Shown: piece after piece, positions 26,043 to 35,842 of the stretch
How positions within the stretch are numbered: the stretch's first letter is position 1
Layout: each line of letters begins with the position of its first letter
Origin: Burkholderiales bacterium
Lineage (GTDB): Bacteria > Pseudomonadota > Gammaproteobacteria > Burkholderiales > SG8-39
Reading direction: 5' to 3'
Length of the DNA stretch: 64,000 nt
Assembly: GCA_038211455.1 (NCBI GenBank)
Contig: JBBQVP010000003.1
Span: forward strand, 157-64,156
Made by a program: the position numbers and the translations under genes
Notes under the pieces: generated by a model
Databases searched by the model: none
The model's input: the letters and a program-made list of their open reading frames with translations, nothing else
What the model was told of the DNA's origin: nothing

Positions 26043-28259
26043 GTGAAACAGCATATCGTCCGGATCGCGTGCGGTCTGGCGATAGTCATGCTGTTCGTCG
26101 GCCATGCCGCGAAGTTCTACCAGGTGGGGATCATCACCCAGCTGGACAATATTATTTACGATACGCGACTCCGCCTGACGATGCCAGGCGGGGTGGACGA
26201 ACGTATCGTGATTCTCGACATCGATGAGAAGAGCCTGCAAGAAGTCGCGCGCTGGCCATGGCCGCGCGACGTCATGGCCAACCTGATAACCAAACTGTTC
26301 GACCAGTATCAGATCGCGATCGTGGCGTTCGATGTGGTGTTCGCGGAAGCTGACTACAGTTCAGGGATTAAGCAGCTGGATGCCCTGGTCGGAAATGAAC
26401 TGAAGCAGGTGCAGGGATTCTCCGAGATTTACGACAAGCTCAGGCCGTCTTTGGACAATGACGGGCTCTTCGCCAAGGCAATAAAGGGCCGCCCCGTAGT
26501 TCTCGGCTATTACCTGAACAGCGACAAGGAGGCCAAGAAAATTGCGGCCCTGCCCGCACCTGTCCTTTCGGCGGGCACCTTTGCCGGCCGCAACATCTCG
26601 TTCACGTCGTGGGTCGGTTACGGCGGCAACCTGGCACAGTTCCAGAAAAGTGCCGCCAATGCGGGTCATTTCAATCCACTCGTAGATACCGACGGCGTAG
26701 TCCGGCGGGTGCCGATGATCGCCGAGTATGAAGGCAATTTTTACGAGGCACTTTCACTTGCTGTGGTAAGGACCCTGCTCGGGTTTCCGAAGGTCGAACC
26801 GGGATATCCCGCGGATCGACTCATGCACAAGGGCTATGCTGGCCTCGAGTGGCTCAAAGTGGGGCCCTTGAAGATTCCTGTCGATGAAACGGCCAGTGCG
26901 CTGATTCCGTACCGAGGAGGTAAGTTCAGCTTTCGTTACATCTCGCTGGCCGACGTCTTGGCCGACAGGATCCCGGCCGGTTCACTGAAAGGCAAGATCG
27001 CCCTCGTGGGCACGACTGCGCCTGGTCTGCTCGACTATCGAGCCACGCCCGTGGACAGCGTCTATCCGGGGGTGGAGGTACATGCGAACCTGATTGGTGG
27101 AATGTTGGACCACACGATCAAGGAAAAGCCCGCATACATGCTTGGTGCGGAAGTGATTTTGCTGCTGATCGGTGGTGTAACGCTCGCATTCCTGGTGCCC
27201 ATCCTCGGGCCGTTGCGCGCGATGGTCGTATCGATTCTTGCGATGGTGTTGATCATCGGACTAAATCTGGTCGTGTGGAGCGGGGCCGGCCTTGTCCTGC
27301 CACTGGCCGCCTCGCTCGCGATGACTGTGGCTCTTTTCACGATCAACATGGCCTATGGCTATTTCGTAGAATCGCGCTCGAAACGCCAGTTCACCGAACT
27401 CTTCGGCCAGTATGTGCCGCCGGAACTCGTCGACAAAATGGCGCGGGATCCGGAGAAGTACAGCATGGAGGGGCGCAGCGAACAGCTGACAGTGTTGTTT
27501 TCCGATATCGTGGGCTTTACTTCGATCTCCGAAACGCTCACGCCGAAGGACCTGTCTGCATTCATAAACGAATACCTGACCTCGATGAGCCTGGTAATTC
27601 GGGACCACCGCGGGACTCTGGACAAGTACATAGGCGACGCCATCATGGCGTTCTGGGGTGCGCCCGTCGACGATCCGGAGCACGCACGGCAAGGCGTGAT
27701 CGCCGCGCTCGGCATGCAGGCTAGGTTGCTGGAGATCAATGAACTGATCAAGTCACGCGGCTGGCCCCCGATCCGGATCGGCATCGGCGTGAACAGCGGA
27801 ACCATGAGTGTTGGTGACATGGGATCCAAGGTGCGCCGAGCGTACACGGTCATGGGAGACGCGGTGAACCTTGGTTCCCGTCTCGAAGGGCTGACCCGGG
27901 AGTACGGCGTAGGCGTGATCGTCGGACAGGAAACCCGCGATCTAGTGAAGGATGGGGTTTTCCGCGAGCTCGACCGCGTCAAGGTGAAAGGCAAGGACGA
28001 ACCGGTGTCAATCTACGAGGCCGTCGGGTTCGAGGGCGCGGTCGACAAGGCGGTTCTCGACGAGATCCGGCTATGGCACCAGTGCCTGAGGCAGTACCGC
28101 GCCCAGGAGTGGGATCAGGCCGAACTGACGATCTTCAATCTTGCGCGGATGAATCCGGATCACAAGCTCTACAAGGAATTCTCTGCCCGGATAGCGCAGA
28201 TGCGCGCTTCCCCGCCGATACCGGGTTGGGATGGCGTTACCACCTTCAAGACGAAGTGA
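26043..28259 (+). CDS. CHASE2 sensor-domain class III adenylate/guanylate cyclase (Lys/Thr specificity pair suggests adenylate cyclase)
   Basis: CHASE2 pattern (IVILDIDEKSLQEVARWPWPRDVMA), TM block, and catalytic domain LTVLFSDIVGFTS...LDKYIGDAIMAFWGAP...YTVMGDAVNLGSRLE. Confidence 0.9.
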   Translation: MKQHIVRIACGLAIVMLFVGHAAKFYQVGIITQLDNIIYDTRLRLTMPGGVDERIVILDIDEKSLQEVARWPWPRDVMANLITKLFDQYQIAIVAFDVVFAEADYSSGIKQLDALVGNELKQVQGFSEIYDKLRPSLDNDGLFAKAIKGRPVVLGYYLNSDKEAKKIAALPAPVLSAGTFAGRNISFTSWVGYGGNLAQFQKSAANAGHFNPLVDTDGVVRRVPMIAEYEGNFYEALSLAVVRTLLGFPKVEPGYPADRLMHKGYAGLEWLKVGPLKIPVDETASALIPYRGGKFSFRYISLADVLADRIPAGSLKGKIALVGTTAPGLLDYRATPVDSVYPGVEVHANLIGGMLDHTIKEKPAYMLGAEVILLLIGGVTLAFLVPILGPLRAMVVSILAMVLIIGLNLVVWSGAGLVLPLAASLAMTVALFTINMAYGYFVESRSKRQFTELFGQYVPPELVDKMARDPEKYSMEGRSEQLTVLFSDIVGFTSISETLTPKDLSAFINEYLTSMSLVIRDHRGTLDKYIGDAIMAFWGAPVDDPEHARQGVIAALGMQARLLEINELIKSRGWPPIRIGIGVNSGTMSVGDMGSKVRRAYTVMGDAVNLGSRLEGLTREYGVGVIVGQETRDLVKDGVFRELDRVKVKGKDEPVSIYEAVGFEGAVDKAVLDEIRLWHQCLRQYRAQEWDQAELTIFNLARMNPDHKLYKEFSARIAQMRASPPIPGWDGVTTFKTK

Positions 28260-28386
28260 GGCCGAACTCGGTGCTCGATTTCTGAGGTCCGGCCGGTGAT
28301 GGGGTATGACCGGGTCGTAGACAAGGCGGACAACGTCCCGAAACCGGCTCGATGTCCGGAAACTCTGTTATGAATCAATGCGCTTG

Positions 28387-28415
28387 TTGAATTGTGGGTC
28401 GGGTAGGGCTAGGAT
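28387..28415 (+). promoter_or_regulatory. Possible sigma70 promoter (TTGAAT-17 nt-TAGGAT) upstream of the GAF-GspE gene
   Basis: Hexamers at 28387-28392 and 28410-28415. A GGAGG RBS lies before ATG 28466. Confidence 0.3.
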
Positions 28416-28465
28416 GAGGGGCTATGCGCAGTGATGTTTTATATGCTCTGAATCGGAGGTAAGCG

Positions 28466-30826
28466 ATGAGTGCTGTACTCAATCAACCGGCAGCGCCGCA
28501 AGGTGATGTTCAGGCCCGGCTGGCGTTTCAGAAACAGCTTCAGGTAGTTACCAACAAGATCCATGCGACAAACAACGTCGACGAGATCATGCTTGAGGTA
28601 AGCGCCGACATCTGCACTCTGTTCAATGCCGATCGCCTTACGATTTATTCCGTAGGCGAGGACAAACAGTCGATTGTCTCCAAGTTCAAGACGGGGCTGA
28701 ATTCTTTCAAGGATCTGAAGCTGCCGATCGCCGAGCATTCGATTGCCGGCTATGTTGCACTGGCGAAGAAGGCCATCAACATCCGCGACGTGTACGACGA
28801 GGCGGAGCTCAAGGCGATCAATCCCAATCTGCGGTTCCTGCAGGAGGTCGACAAACGAACAGGGTACCGGACAAAGCAAGTCCTCGTTGCGCCCGTGCTC
28901 GACCAGCAGAACAACGAGTTGATCGGCGTAATACAGATCATCAACAACAAAGCGGGTGTGCCCTTCGGCGCATTCACCGAGGAGGGGGTTGCGGAGATTG
29001 CGCAAACCCTCGCGATTGCGTTCAAGCAGCGCCAGAAGCCGCAGCAGGTAAAGACCAAGTATGACTACCTGATTTCGGATGCGGTTCTTTCCGCGGGAGA
29101 ATTCGACTTGGCGTCGCGCTCGGCGCGCAAGAAGGCGGTCGACATCGAGCAGGTTCTTGTCGACGAGTTCCAGGTTAAGATCCCGGCAATCGGGGCCGCG
29201 CTCGCCAAGTTTTTCAACGTGCCCTACGAGCCGTTCAAGGCGGATCGCATCAAGCCGATGGACCTGCTGAAGAACCTCAAACGCGAATACGTGGACGAGA
29301 ACCAGTGGCTTCCCATTGACGACGGCAAGGACGGGCTGATCGTGCTTTGCCTTGACCCGGAGCGGATTCGCAGTTCCCGGATCGCGTCCAATGTGTTCCC
29401 CAAGGCAAAGATCCTTTACCGGGTGACAACGCAGAAGGAATTCAAGGAGACCTGTAACCTGTTTTACGGCGTGGAAGTCGACAATGGCGGGGATATTGAT
29501 GACCTGCTGTCCAGCCTCGGTGACGAGGAGGGGGACGCCGTCGAAGGCGCAAACGACGAAGTTTCCGCAGCGGCGGACAACGAGCTGGTAAAGCTGGTGA
29601 ACAAGATCGTGATCGATGCCTACAACCAGGGTGCTTCCGATATCCACATCGAGCCGTATCCCGGCAAGGCCAAGACCGAGATCCGGTTTCGCAGGGATGG
29701 TTCGCTCGCCCCGTACATTGAGGTCCCGGCTTCGTACCGCAGTGCGATCGTCGCGCGACTCAAGATCATGTGCGATCTTGATATTTCGGAAAAGAGAAAG
29801 CCGCAGGACGGCAAGATCAAGTTCAAGAAATTTGGCCCGCTCGACATCGAGCTGCGCGTGGCAACGATTCCGACGACCGGTGGCGTCGAGGACATCGTCA
29901 TGCGTATCCTGGCGGCTGGGGAGCCGATACCGATCGACAAGCTCGGGCTGACAACCCACAACAGCGAGAATCTCAAGAATGCGGTTTCCAAGCCTTACGG
30001 TCTGTTCTTCGTATGCGGACCGACCGGTTCAGGGAAGACGACCACGCTGCACTCGGTCCTCGGCTTCCTGAACACGCCGGACACAAAGATCTGGACCGCG
30101 GAAGATCCCGTCGAAATCACCCAGAAGGGACTCAGGCAGGTCCAGGTCAACAAAAAAGTCATGGATTTCGCGATGGTGATGAAGGCTTTTCTCCGGGCGG
30201 ATCCGGACATCATCATGGTTGGCGAGATGCGAGATGCCGAAACCACGCACATCGGGATTGAGGCATCGCTTACGGGCCACCTTGTGTTTGCGACTCTGCA
30301 CACGAACTCCGCGCCGGAAGCGGTTATCCGGCTTCTCGACATGGGGATGGATCCATTCAACTTCGCCGATGCACTGATCGGTATCCTTGCGCAGCGCCTT
30401 GCAAAGCGCCTCTGCAAGTGCAAGGAGGCGTACACCCCGGGTCCGGACGAACTCAAGGCATTCATGAACGAGTACACGACCGACCTCAGGATGTCGGACA
30501 CCTGGAAGCGCGACCCGCAGGGCGAGGCCAAGAAACTCTACGACTATTGGCTCAAGGAATACGGCAAGGAAGGCAAGCTGCAGTTCTACAAGGCCAAGGG
30601 ATGCGATGCCTGCGGTGGATCCGGTTATAAGGGGCGATGCGGCCTTCACGAGCTGATGATCGCGTCGGACGCCGTAAAGAAGCTCATCCAGGAGAGGGCG
30701 CGCGTCACGGACCTGTTCGTCAAATCGGTGGAAGAGGGCATGTCCACGCTGAAGATGGACGGCATGGACAAGGTGATGATGGGCCTGACCGACATGAAGC
30801 AGGTGCGCACGGTCTGCATCAAGTAG
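28466..30826 (+). CDS. GspE/PilB-family secretion ATPase with N-terminal GAF domain and T2SSE_N/MshEN-like domain
   Basis: GAF pattern in aa ~30-190. Walker A GPTGSGKTTT, Asp/His boxes (VGEMRD, TGHLVFATLHTN), and tetracysteine CKC...CDAC. Confidence 0.9.
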   Translation: MSAVLNQPAAPQGDVQARLAFQKQLQVVTNKIHATNNVDEIMLEVSADICTLFNADRLTIYSVGEDKQSIVSKFKTGLNSFKDLKLPIAEHSIAGYVALAKKAINIRDVYDEAELKAINPNLRFLQEVDKRTGYRTKQVLVAPVLDQQNNELIGVIQIINNKAGVPFGAFTEEGVAEIAQTLAIAFKQRQKPQQVKTKYDYLISDAVLSAGEFDLASRSARKKAVDIEQVLVDEFQVKIPAIGAALAKFFNVPYEPFKADRIKPMDLLKNLKREYVDENQWLPIDDGKDGLIVLCLDPERIRSSRIASNVFPKAKILYRVTTQKEFKETCNLFYGVEVDNGGDIDDLLSSLGDEEGDAVEGANDEVSAAADNELVKLVNKIVIDAYNQGASDIHIEPYPGKAKTEIRFRRDGSLAPYIEVPASYRSAIVARLKIMCDLDISEKRKPQDGKIKFKKFGPLDIELRVATIPTTGGVEDIVMRILAAGEPIPIDKLGLTTHNSENLKNAVSKPYGLFFVCGPTGSGKTTTLHSVLGFLNTPDTKIWTAEDPVEITQKGLRQVQVNKKVMDFAMVMKAFLRADPDIIMVGEMRDAETTHIGIEASLTGHLVFATLHTNSAPEAVIRLLDMGMDPFNFADALIGILAQRLAKRLCKCKEAYTPGPDELKAFMNEYTTDLRMSDTWKRDPQGEAKKLYDYWLKEYGKEGKLQFYKAKGCDACGGSGYKGRCGLHELMIASDAVKKLIQERARVTDLFVKSVEEGMSTLKMDGMDKVMMGLTDMKQVRTVCIK

Positions 30827-30845
30827 CAAGGCCGGCCTGCCCACG

Positions 30846-32519
30846 ATGAGCGGCAAGTTGGACGTTACCCAGGTTCTCCGGTTTTCCGGCGAGGCCGCGA
30901 CGGGCGCGGACGATCTCGTCCAGAGACTGGAGCAACTGAATGCGATCGGAGCATCTCTCTCGGCGGAACGAGACATCAACCGCCTGCTCGAGAACATCCT
31001 CGTCGCCGCCAAGACCATCACCCGGGCCGATGGTGGCACGCTCTACCGAGTAACCGAGGAAAAAACGCTGCGGTTCGAAATCGTCCGGACCAGTTCCCTG
31101 CAGAACTATCTCGGCGGCACGACTGGTAATCCCGTGCCGTTCTATCCGATCCAGTTGTACAAGGACGGCAAGCCGAACCACAACATGATTGCCGCCCATG
31201 CCGCGCTCAGCGGGCAGACGATCAATGTTAAGGACGCCTACACGGCTGAAGGATTCGACTTTACGGGTACCCGGTCGTTCGACGCGAAGACCGGATATCG
31301 CTCCCAGTCATTCCTGACCGTCCCGATGAAGAATCACGAGAACGAAATCATCGGGGTCCTTCAGCTGATCAACGCCACCCATCCGAAGACTGGCGAAATC
31401 CAGGCCTTTTCGTCCTCTGACGAGCGTCTCGCCGAATCGCTCGCTTCACAGGCGGCGATCGCGTTGACCAACCGGATGCTCATCAACCAGCTGGAGGAGC
31501 TGTTCGAATCGTTCATCAACCTGATGAATACCGCGATCGACGAGAAGTCGCCCTATACCGGAGGGCACTGCCAGCGCGTCCCGACGCTTACGATGATGCT
31601 TGCGGAAGCCGTGAACGAAACCAAGGAGGGGCCGCTCATGGATTTCACTATGAGCGACAAGGACAGGTACGAGCTGAAGATTGCCGGATTGCTTCACGAT
31701 TGCGGAAAGGTCACCACTCCCGTGCATGTAGTGGACAAGGCGACCAAGCTGGAGACAATTTACGACCGGATTCATCTCCTAGATACCCGATTTGAGGTCC
31801 TAAAGCGGGACGCTGAGATCGAACTTCTCCGGAAGAAGCTGGAGCTCGCGGAATCTGGGCGTAGTGCCGCATTTGGCGAACTCGAGGCGATCTATCGGGA
31901 GAAGGTCCGGAGGGTTGACGAGGACCGCGCGTTTCTGCGCGCCTGCAACATTGGCGGCGAGGCGATGCGTGACATGGATATCGAACGAGTCAGGCGAATC
32001 GCCGAGTACCGCTGGACGGATGTGGCCGGGCATCAGGCCAGCTTCCTGACGGAAGATGAACTCCGAAACCTCACCATTCGCGCCGGGACCCTCACCCAGG
32101 ACGAGCGCCAGATCATCAACCATCACATCGTTGCAACGATCAAGATGCTGGAGGCGCTACCTTGGCCCAAGCATCTGCGCAACGTTCCTGAGTATGCCGG
32201 CGGTCACCATGAACGAATGGATGGAAAGGGATATCCGAAGGGCTTGCTCCGTGAACAGATGTCCGTGCAGGCGCGCGTCATGGGGATAGCCGATATTTTC
32301 GAGGCGCTAACCGCAAAGGATCGCCCCTACAAAAAGGGAAAGACACTATCGGAGTCGCTCGAAATCCTCGGGAAAATGAGGCTCGGGGGCCATATTGATC
32401 CGGATCTGTTCGACATCTTCGTCGGAAAAAAAGTCTACCTGCGCTACGCTGAAAAATTCCTCGACAAAGAGCAGATCGATCCGGTCGATGAAAGCAAGAT
32501 TCCGGGATACGCGAGCTGA
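30846..32519 (+). CDS. GAF-domain HD-GYP phosphodiesterase (c-di-GMP-specific type)
   Basis: GAF pattern at the N-terminus. HDCGK and GGHHERMDGKGYP motifs. Lies 19 nt downstream of the ATPase gene. Confidence 0.9.
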   Translation: MSGKLDVTQVLRFSGEAATGADDLVQRLEQLNAIGASLSAERDINRLLENILVAAKTITRADGGTLYRVTEEKTLRFEIVRTSSLQNYLGGTTGNPVPFYPIQLYKDGKPNHNMIAAHAALSGQTINVKDAYTAEGFDFTGTRSFDAKTGYRSQSFLTVPMKNHENEIIGVLQLINATHPKTGEIQAFSSSDERLAESLASQAAIALTNRMLINQLEELFESFINLMNTAIDEKSPYTGGHCQRVPTLTMMLAEAVNETKEGPLMDFTMSDKDRYELKIAGLLHDCGKVTTPVHVVDKATKLETIYDRIHLLDTRFEVLKRDAEIELLRKKLELAESGRSAAFGELEAIYREKVRRVDEDRAFLRACNIGGEAMRDMDIERVRRIAEYRWTDVAGHQASFLTEDELRNLTIRAGTLTQDERQIINHHIVATIKMLEALPWPKHLRNVPEYAGGHHERMDGKGYPKGLLREQMSVQARVMGIADIFEALTAKDRPYKKGKTLSESLEILGKMRLGGHIDPDLFDIFVGKKVYLRYAEKFLDKEQIDPVDESKIPGYAS

Positions 32520-32687
32520 CCGAAGCATTGGATACCCGCTCCGTAACCGCGCGCGTCATCGCTACTACCGCGCCGCGACAGTGAAGCCATACCGCAAGGC
32601 GTAAGCAGCTTGCGCACTCTCCTCCATCTGTTGCGGTTCTTGAGCGGCCGAACCTTCGCCCGGTTCAGGGATAGGCTGGGCGCGTTC

Positions 32688-34730
32688 ATGTGCAAGCCGC
32701 TGGCGCCTTTGGTCACGTTGCAGAACGTCGCCCAGACCTCAACTCAATCTATACAACAGGCTACCCAAGCGTACGATCGAGGCGACTGGCCCGAGGCCGA
32801 GCGTATTTGCGTGCAGCTGCTCGAATTCCGGCCGCCAGATTGCGAGGTGCTGAATCTTCTCGGCAATATGGCCGCGCAGACTGGGCGTGCGCAGAAGGCG
32901 GTTGCGTTTCTCTCACAAGCGATCGCCGTCGATCCCAGCCGCGCTGACCTGCGAAATAATCTTGGAATCGCCCTGCAAGATCTCGCCCGCGTCGACGAGG
33001 CGCTTGAAAGCTACGACCGTGCGATCGCAATTGAACCCGATTTCACCGAAGCATATGTGAATCGTGGCAACGCATTGGCCGATAGCGCGCGCTACGACGC
33101 TGCATTGGCGAGCTACGATCGTGCAATCGCGCTTAACGCAGGAATCGCCGACGCATATATCAGTCGCGGCAACGCACTGTCCGCGCTCAAACGCGACGAG
33201 GAAGCACTGGAGAGCTATGAGCGTGCAATTGCGCTCGCGCCGGAATATGGCGAGGCCTACTTTAACCGCGGTCAATCGCTGCTGGACCTGAATCGGCCTG
33301 AGGTGGCGTTGGAAAGCTTTGGGCGCGCAATGAAACTTAGGCCGGACTACCCGGATCTGTTTGGTCTGTGGCTGTATACAAAGATGACGATCTGCGACTG
33401 GAGAAACTTTGAAGCGGATTGCTCTAGTCTTATCGAAAAAATAGAGCGTGAGGAGAACGCCTCCCCCCCCTTCCCCGTGTTTGCGATTTCGGATTCTGCG
33501 TCCTTGCAGAGAAAAGCGTCCGAACTCTGGGTGCGGGCCAGGCATCTGTCTGGCAACGTCATGCCTGATATGGCCGTGCATCCACGTCGCGACAGAATCC
33601 GCCTAGGCTACTATTCCGCTGACTTTCATGATCATGCAACATCGCGCCTTATGGCCGAATTGTTCGAGCGGCACGACAAATCAAGGTTTGAGCTGACAGC
33701 GTTTTCGTTCGGGCCTGACAGAAAAGACGAAATGCGGCAAAGAGTGGCGGTGGCGTTCGACACGTTCATTGAGGCGCGAGGGCAGTCCGACAAGGCCGTG
33801 GCGATACTATCGCGCGACATGGGGATCGACATCGCGCTTGATTTGAAGGGATTTTCCCAGGACAGTCGAGCAGGAGTATTCGCGCAGCGGGCCGCCCCGA
33901 TCCAAGTCAACTATCTCGGTTATCCAGGAACAATGGGCGCCGGATTCATGGACTATCTCATCGCGGATGCCACGCTTGTTCCAGACGACCACCGGCAGCA
34001 CTATTCGGAAAAAATCGCCTATCTGCCGCACAGCTACCAGCCAAACGATACCAAGCGAGCGATCTCGGACAAGGCGATCATGCGCGAAGAAATGGGGTTG
34101 CCACTTTCTGGCATCGTGTACTGCTGTTTCAACAATAACTTCAAAATAGCGCCCGGTATGTTCGACCAGTGGATGCGGATACTCTCGCAGGTCGAAGGCA
34201 GCGTTCTCTGGTTGCTGGAAGATAACGCCAGAGCGGCAAGCAATCTGCGACAGGAGGCATGGCGGAGGGGGATTGAGGCGAGTAGGCTGGTTTTCGCAAA
34301 GCGCGCACCGCTAGCCGAGCATCTTGTCAGACACCGGCTGGCGGACCTGTTTCTGGATACGCTGCCTTGCAATGCGCACACTACGGCGAGTGATGCGTTG
34401 TGGGCCGGCTTGCCTGTATTGACGTGCATGGGCGAGTCGTTTCCCGGAAGGGTGGCCGCAAGCCTGTTGAACGGTATCCAGCTACCGGAACTGATCGCAG
34501 AGTCGCCGCAGGCATACGTCCGTCATGCGATCGCCCTGGGGCGCAATCCGAACGAATTGGCTGCGCTAAAGCAGAGGCTGGCGGAAAACCGGCTGTCGGC
34601 CCCGTTGTTCGATATCGGGCTGTATACCAGGCACCTCGAGGCCGCGCTAACGACAATGTATGAATCGTACCAGGCAAAAGAACCGCCTGACCATATTTAC
34701 GTGAGCGACTTATCAGGGGTAGGGAGATGA
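32688..34730 (+). CDS. TPR-repeat protein fused to a GT41 (O-GlcNAc-transferase/SPINDLY-like) glycosyltransferase domain
   Basis: About 7 TPR units (AVAFLSQAIAVDPSRADLRNNLG...). The C-terminal catalytic region has RLGYYSADFHDHATS and VNYLGYPGTMGAGFMDYLIAD...IAYLPHSYQPND. ATG 32688 preferred over the track's TTG 32610. Confidence 0.8.
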   Translation: MCKPLAPLVTLQNVAQTSTQSIQQATQAYDRGDWPEAERICVQLLEFRPPDCEVLNLLGNMAAQTGRAQKAVAFLSQAIAVDPSRADLRNNLGIALQDLARVDEALESYDRAIAIEPDFTEAYVNRGNALADSARYDAALASYDRAIALNAGIADAYISRGNALSALKRDEEALESYERAIALAPEYGEAYFNRGQSLLDLNRPEVALESFGRAMKLRPDYPDLFGLWLYTKMTICDWRNFEADCSSLIEKIEREENASPPFPVFAISDSASLQRKASELWVRARHLSGNVMPDMAVHPRRDRIRLGYYSADFHDHATSRLMAELFERHDKSRFELTAFSFGPDRKDEMRQRVAVAFDTFIEARGQSDKAVAILSRDMGIDIALDLKGFSQDSRAGVFAQRAAPIQVNYLGYPGTMGAGFMDYLIADATLVPDDHRQHYSEKIAYLPHSYQPNDTKRAISDKAIMREEMGLPLSGIVYCCFNNNFKIAPGMFDQWMRILSQVEGSVLWLLEDNARAASNLRQEAWRRGIEASRLVFAKRAPLAEHLVRHRLADLFLDTLPCNAHTTASDALWAGLPVLTCMGESFPGRVAASLLNGIQLPELIAESPQAYVRHAIALGRNPNELAALKQRLAENRLSAPLFDIGLYTRHLEAALTTMYESYQAKEPPDHIYVSDLSGVGR

Positions 34731-34784
34731 ATCTAGCTCACGCTTCCACCTGAAGCCGCTGATCTACGGTATCCGGGGAGAACG

Positions 34785-35795
34785 TTAATCCGGATATCCG
34801 TGCGGGTTCGCGCTTTGCCATGCCCAGGCGTCGCGGCACATATCGTCGATACCTAACTGTGCCCGCCAGCCGAACTCGAGGGCGGCGAGTGATGCATCGG
34901 CATAGCAGCTGGCGACGTCCCCTCCGCGGCGCGGCGCTATTTCGTAGGGTATCGGGATGCCAGTCATGCGCTCGAACGCTCCGACCACTTCAAGTACTGA
35001 GTGTCCGTTCCCGGTCCCCAGATTTGCGGTGATCGAAGGCTTTCCTTCGAGCAGATAGCGCACAGCGGCCAGGTGGCCTGCGGCGAGGTCCATGACGTGG
35101 ATGTAGTCCCGAACGCCGGTCCCGTCCACAGTATCGTAGTCGTCACCGAAGACACGCAGGCTGCGCAGGCGGCCCACGGCGACTTGTGTCACGTACGGGA
35201 AGAGATTGTTAGGGATGCCTCGAGGATCTTCACCGATACGCCCCGAGGGATGAGCGCCAATCGGGTTGAAGTAGCGAAGCGTGGCGTGGGTGAAATCCGG
35301 GTTCCCGATAGCGACGTCGCCCAGTATCGATTCTATAAACTGTTTCGTCCGCCCATAGGGATTTACGGCACCGAGCGGATGATCCTCTGTCAAGGGCAAT
35401 CGCCGTGGATCGCCGTAGACGGTGGCGGACGAGCTAAACACGATGCGCCGGACCGCAAACTGTTCCATGGTCCGGAGCAGGCTGAACGTGCCGCCGATGT
35501 TGTTGTCGTAATACTCGAGGGGTAAGGATATAGATTCGCCCACGGCTTTGTGGCCGGCAAAGTGGATCACCGCATCAATAGGATGCCGCTCAAACGCGCC
35601 AGACAGCGCGTTCTGGTCGCGCAGGTCGATCTGGTGAAACTCGACCCTGCCTCCACCGAGCGTGCGGACGCGATCCAGCACGGCAATCTTGCTATTGGCA
35701 AGGCTGTCGACAATGGTCAACGCATATCCGGCTCGCTGTAGTTCCACACAGGTGTGTGAGCCGATGTAGCCCAGGCCGCCCGTTACGAGAATCAT
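34785..35795 (-). CDS. galE: UDP-glucose 4-epimerase
   Basis: MILVTGGLGYIGSH Rossmann motif, YGRTKQFIE (YxxxK), 336 aa. ATG 35795 is preceded by AGGGAG. The track's 5' extension to 35846 is not needed. Confidence 0.9.
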   Translation of the reverse strand: MILVTGGLGYIGSHTCVELQRAGYALTIVDSLANSKIAVLDRVRTLGGGRVEFHQIDLRDQNALSGAFERHPIDAVIHFAGHKAVGESISLPLEYYDNNIGGTFSLLRTMEQFAVRRIVFSSSATVYGDPRRLPLTEDHPLGAVNPYGRTKQFIESILGDVAIGNPDFTHATLRYFNPIGAHPSGRIGEDPRGIPNNLFPYVTQVAVGRLRSLRVFGDDYDTVDGTGVRDYIHVMDLAAGHLAAVRYLLEGKPSITANLGTGNGHSVLEVVGAFERMTGIPIPYEIAPRRGGDVASCYADASLAALEFGWRAQLGIDDMCRDAWAWQSANPHGYPD

Positions 35796-35842
35796 TTTCG
35801 CAAACTCCCTTCGCGCATGCGTATCAGCAACGTGTGCCAGAC

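Noticed and set aside
28466-30826. Calling this ATPase part of a complete T2SS or type IV pilus operon
   Set aside because: No gspF/pilC, secretin, prepilin peptidase or pseudopilin genes are adjacent. Only the family assignment is supported.
34766-34801. Imperfect inverted repeat ACGGTATCCGG...CCGGATATCCGT between the convergent GT41 and galE genes, as a possible bidirectional terminator
   Set aside because: The stem needs a bulge, the second arm lies inside the galE coding sequence, and there is no U-tract on either strand.
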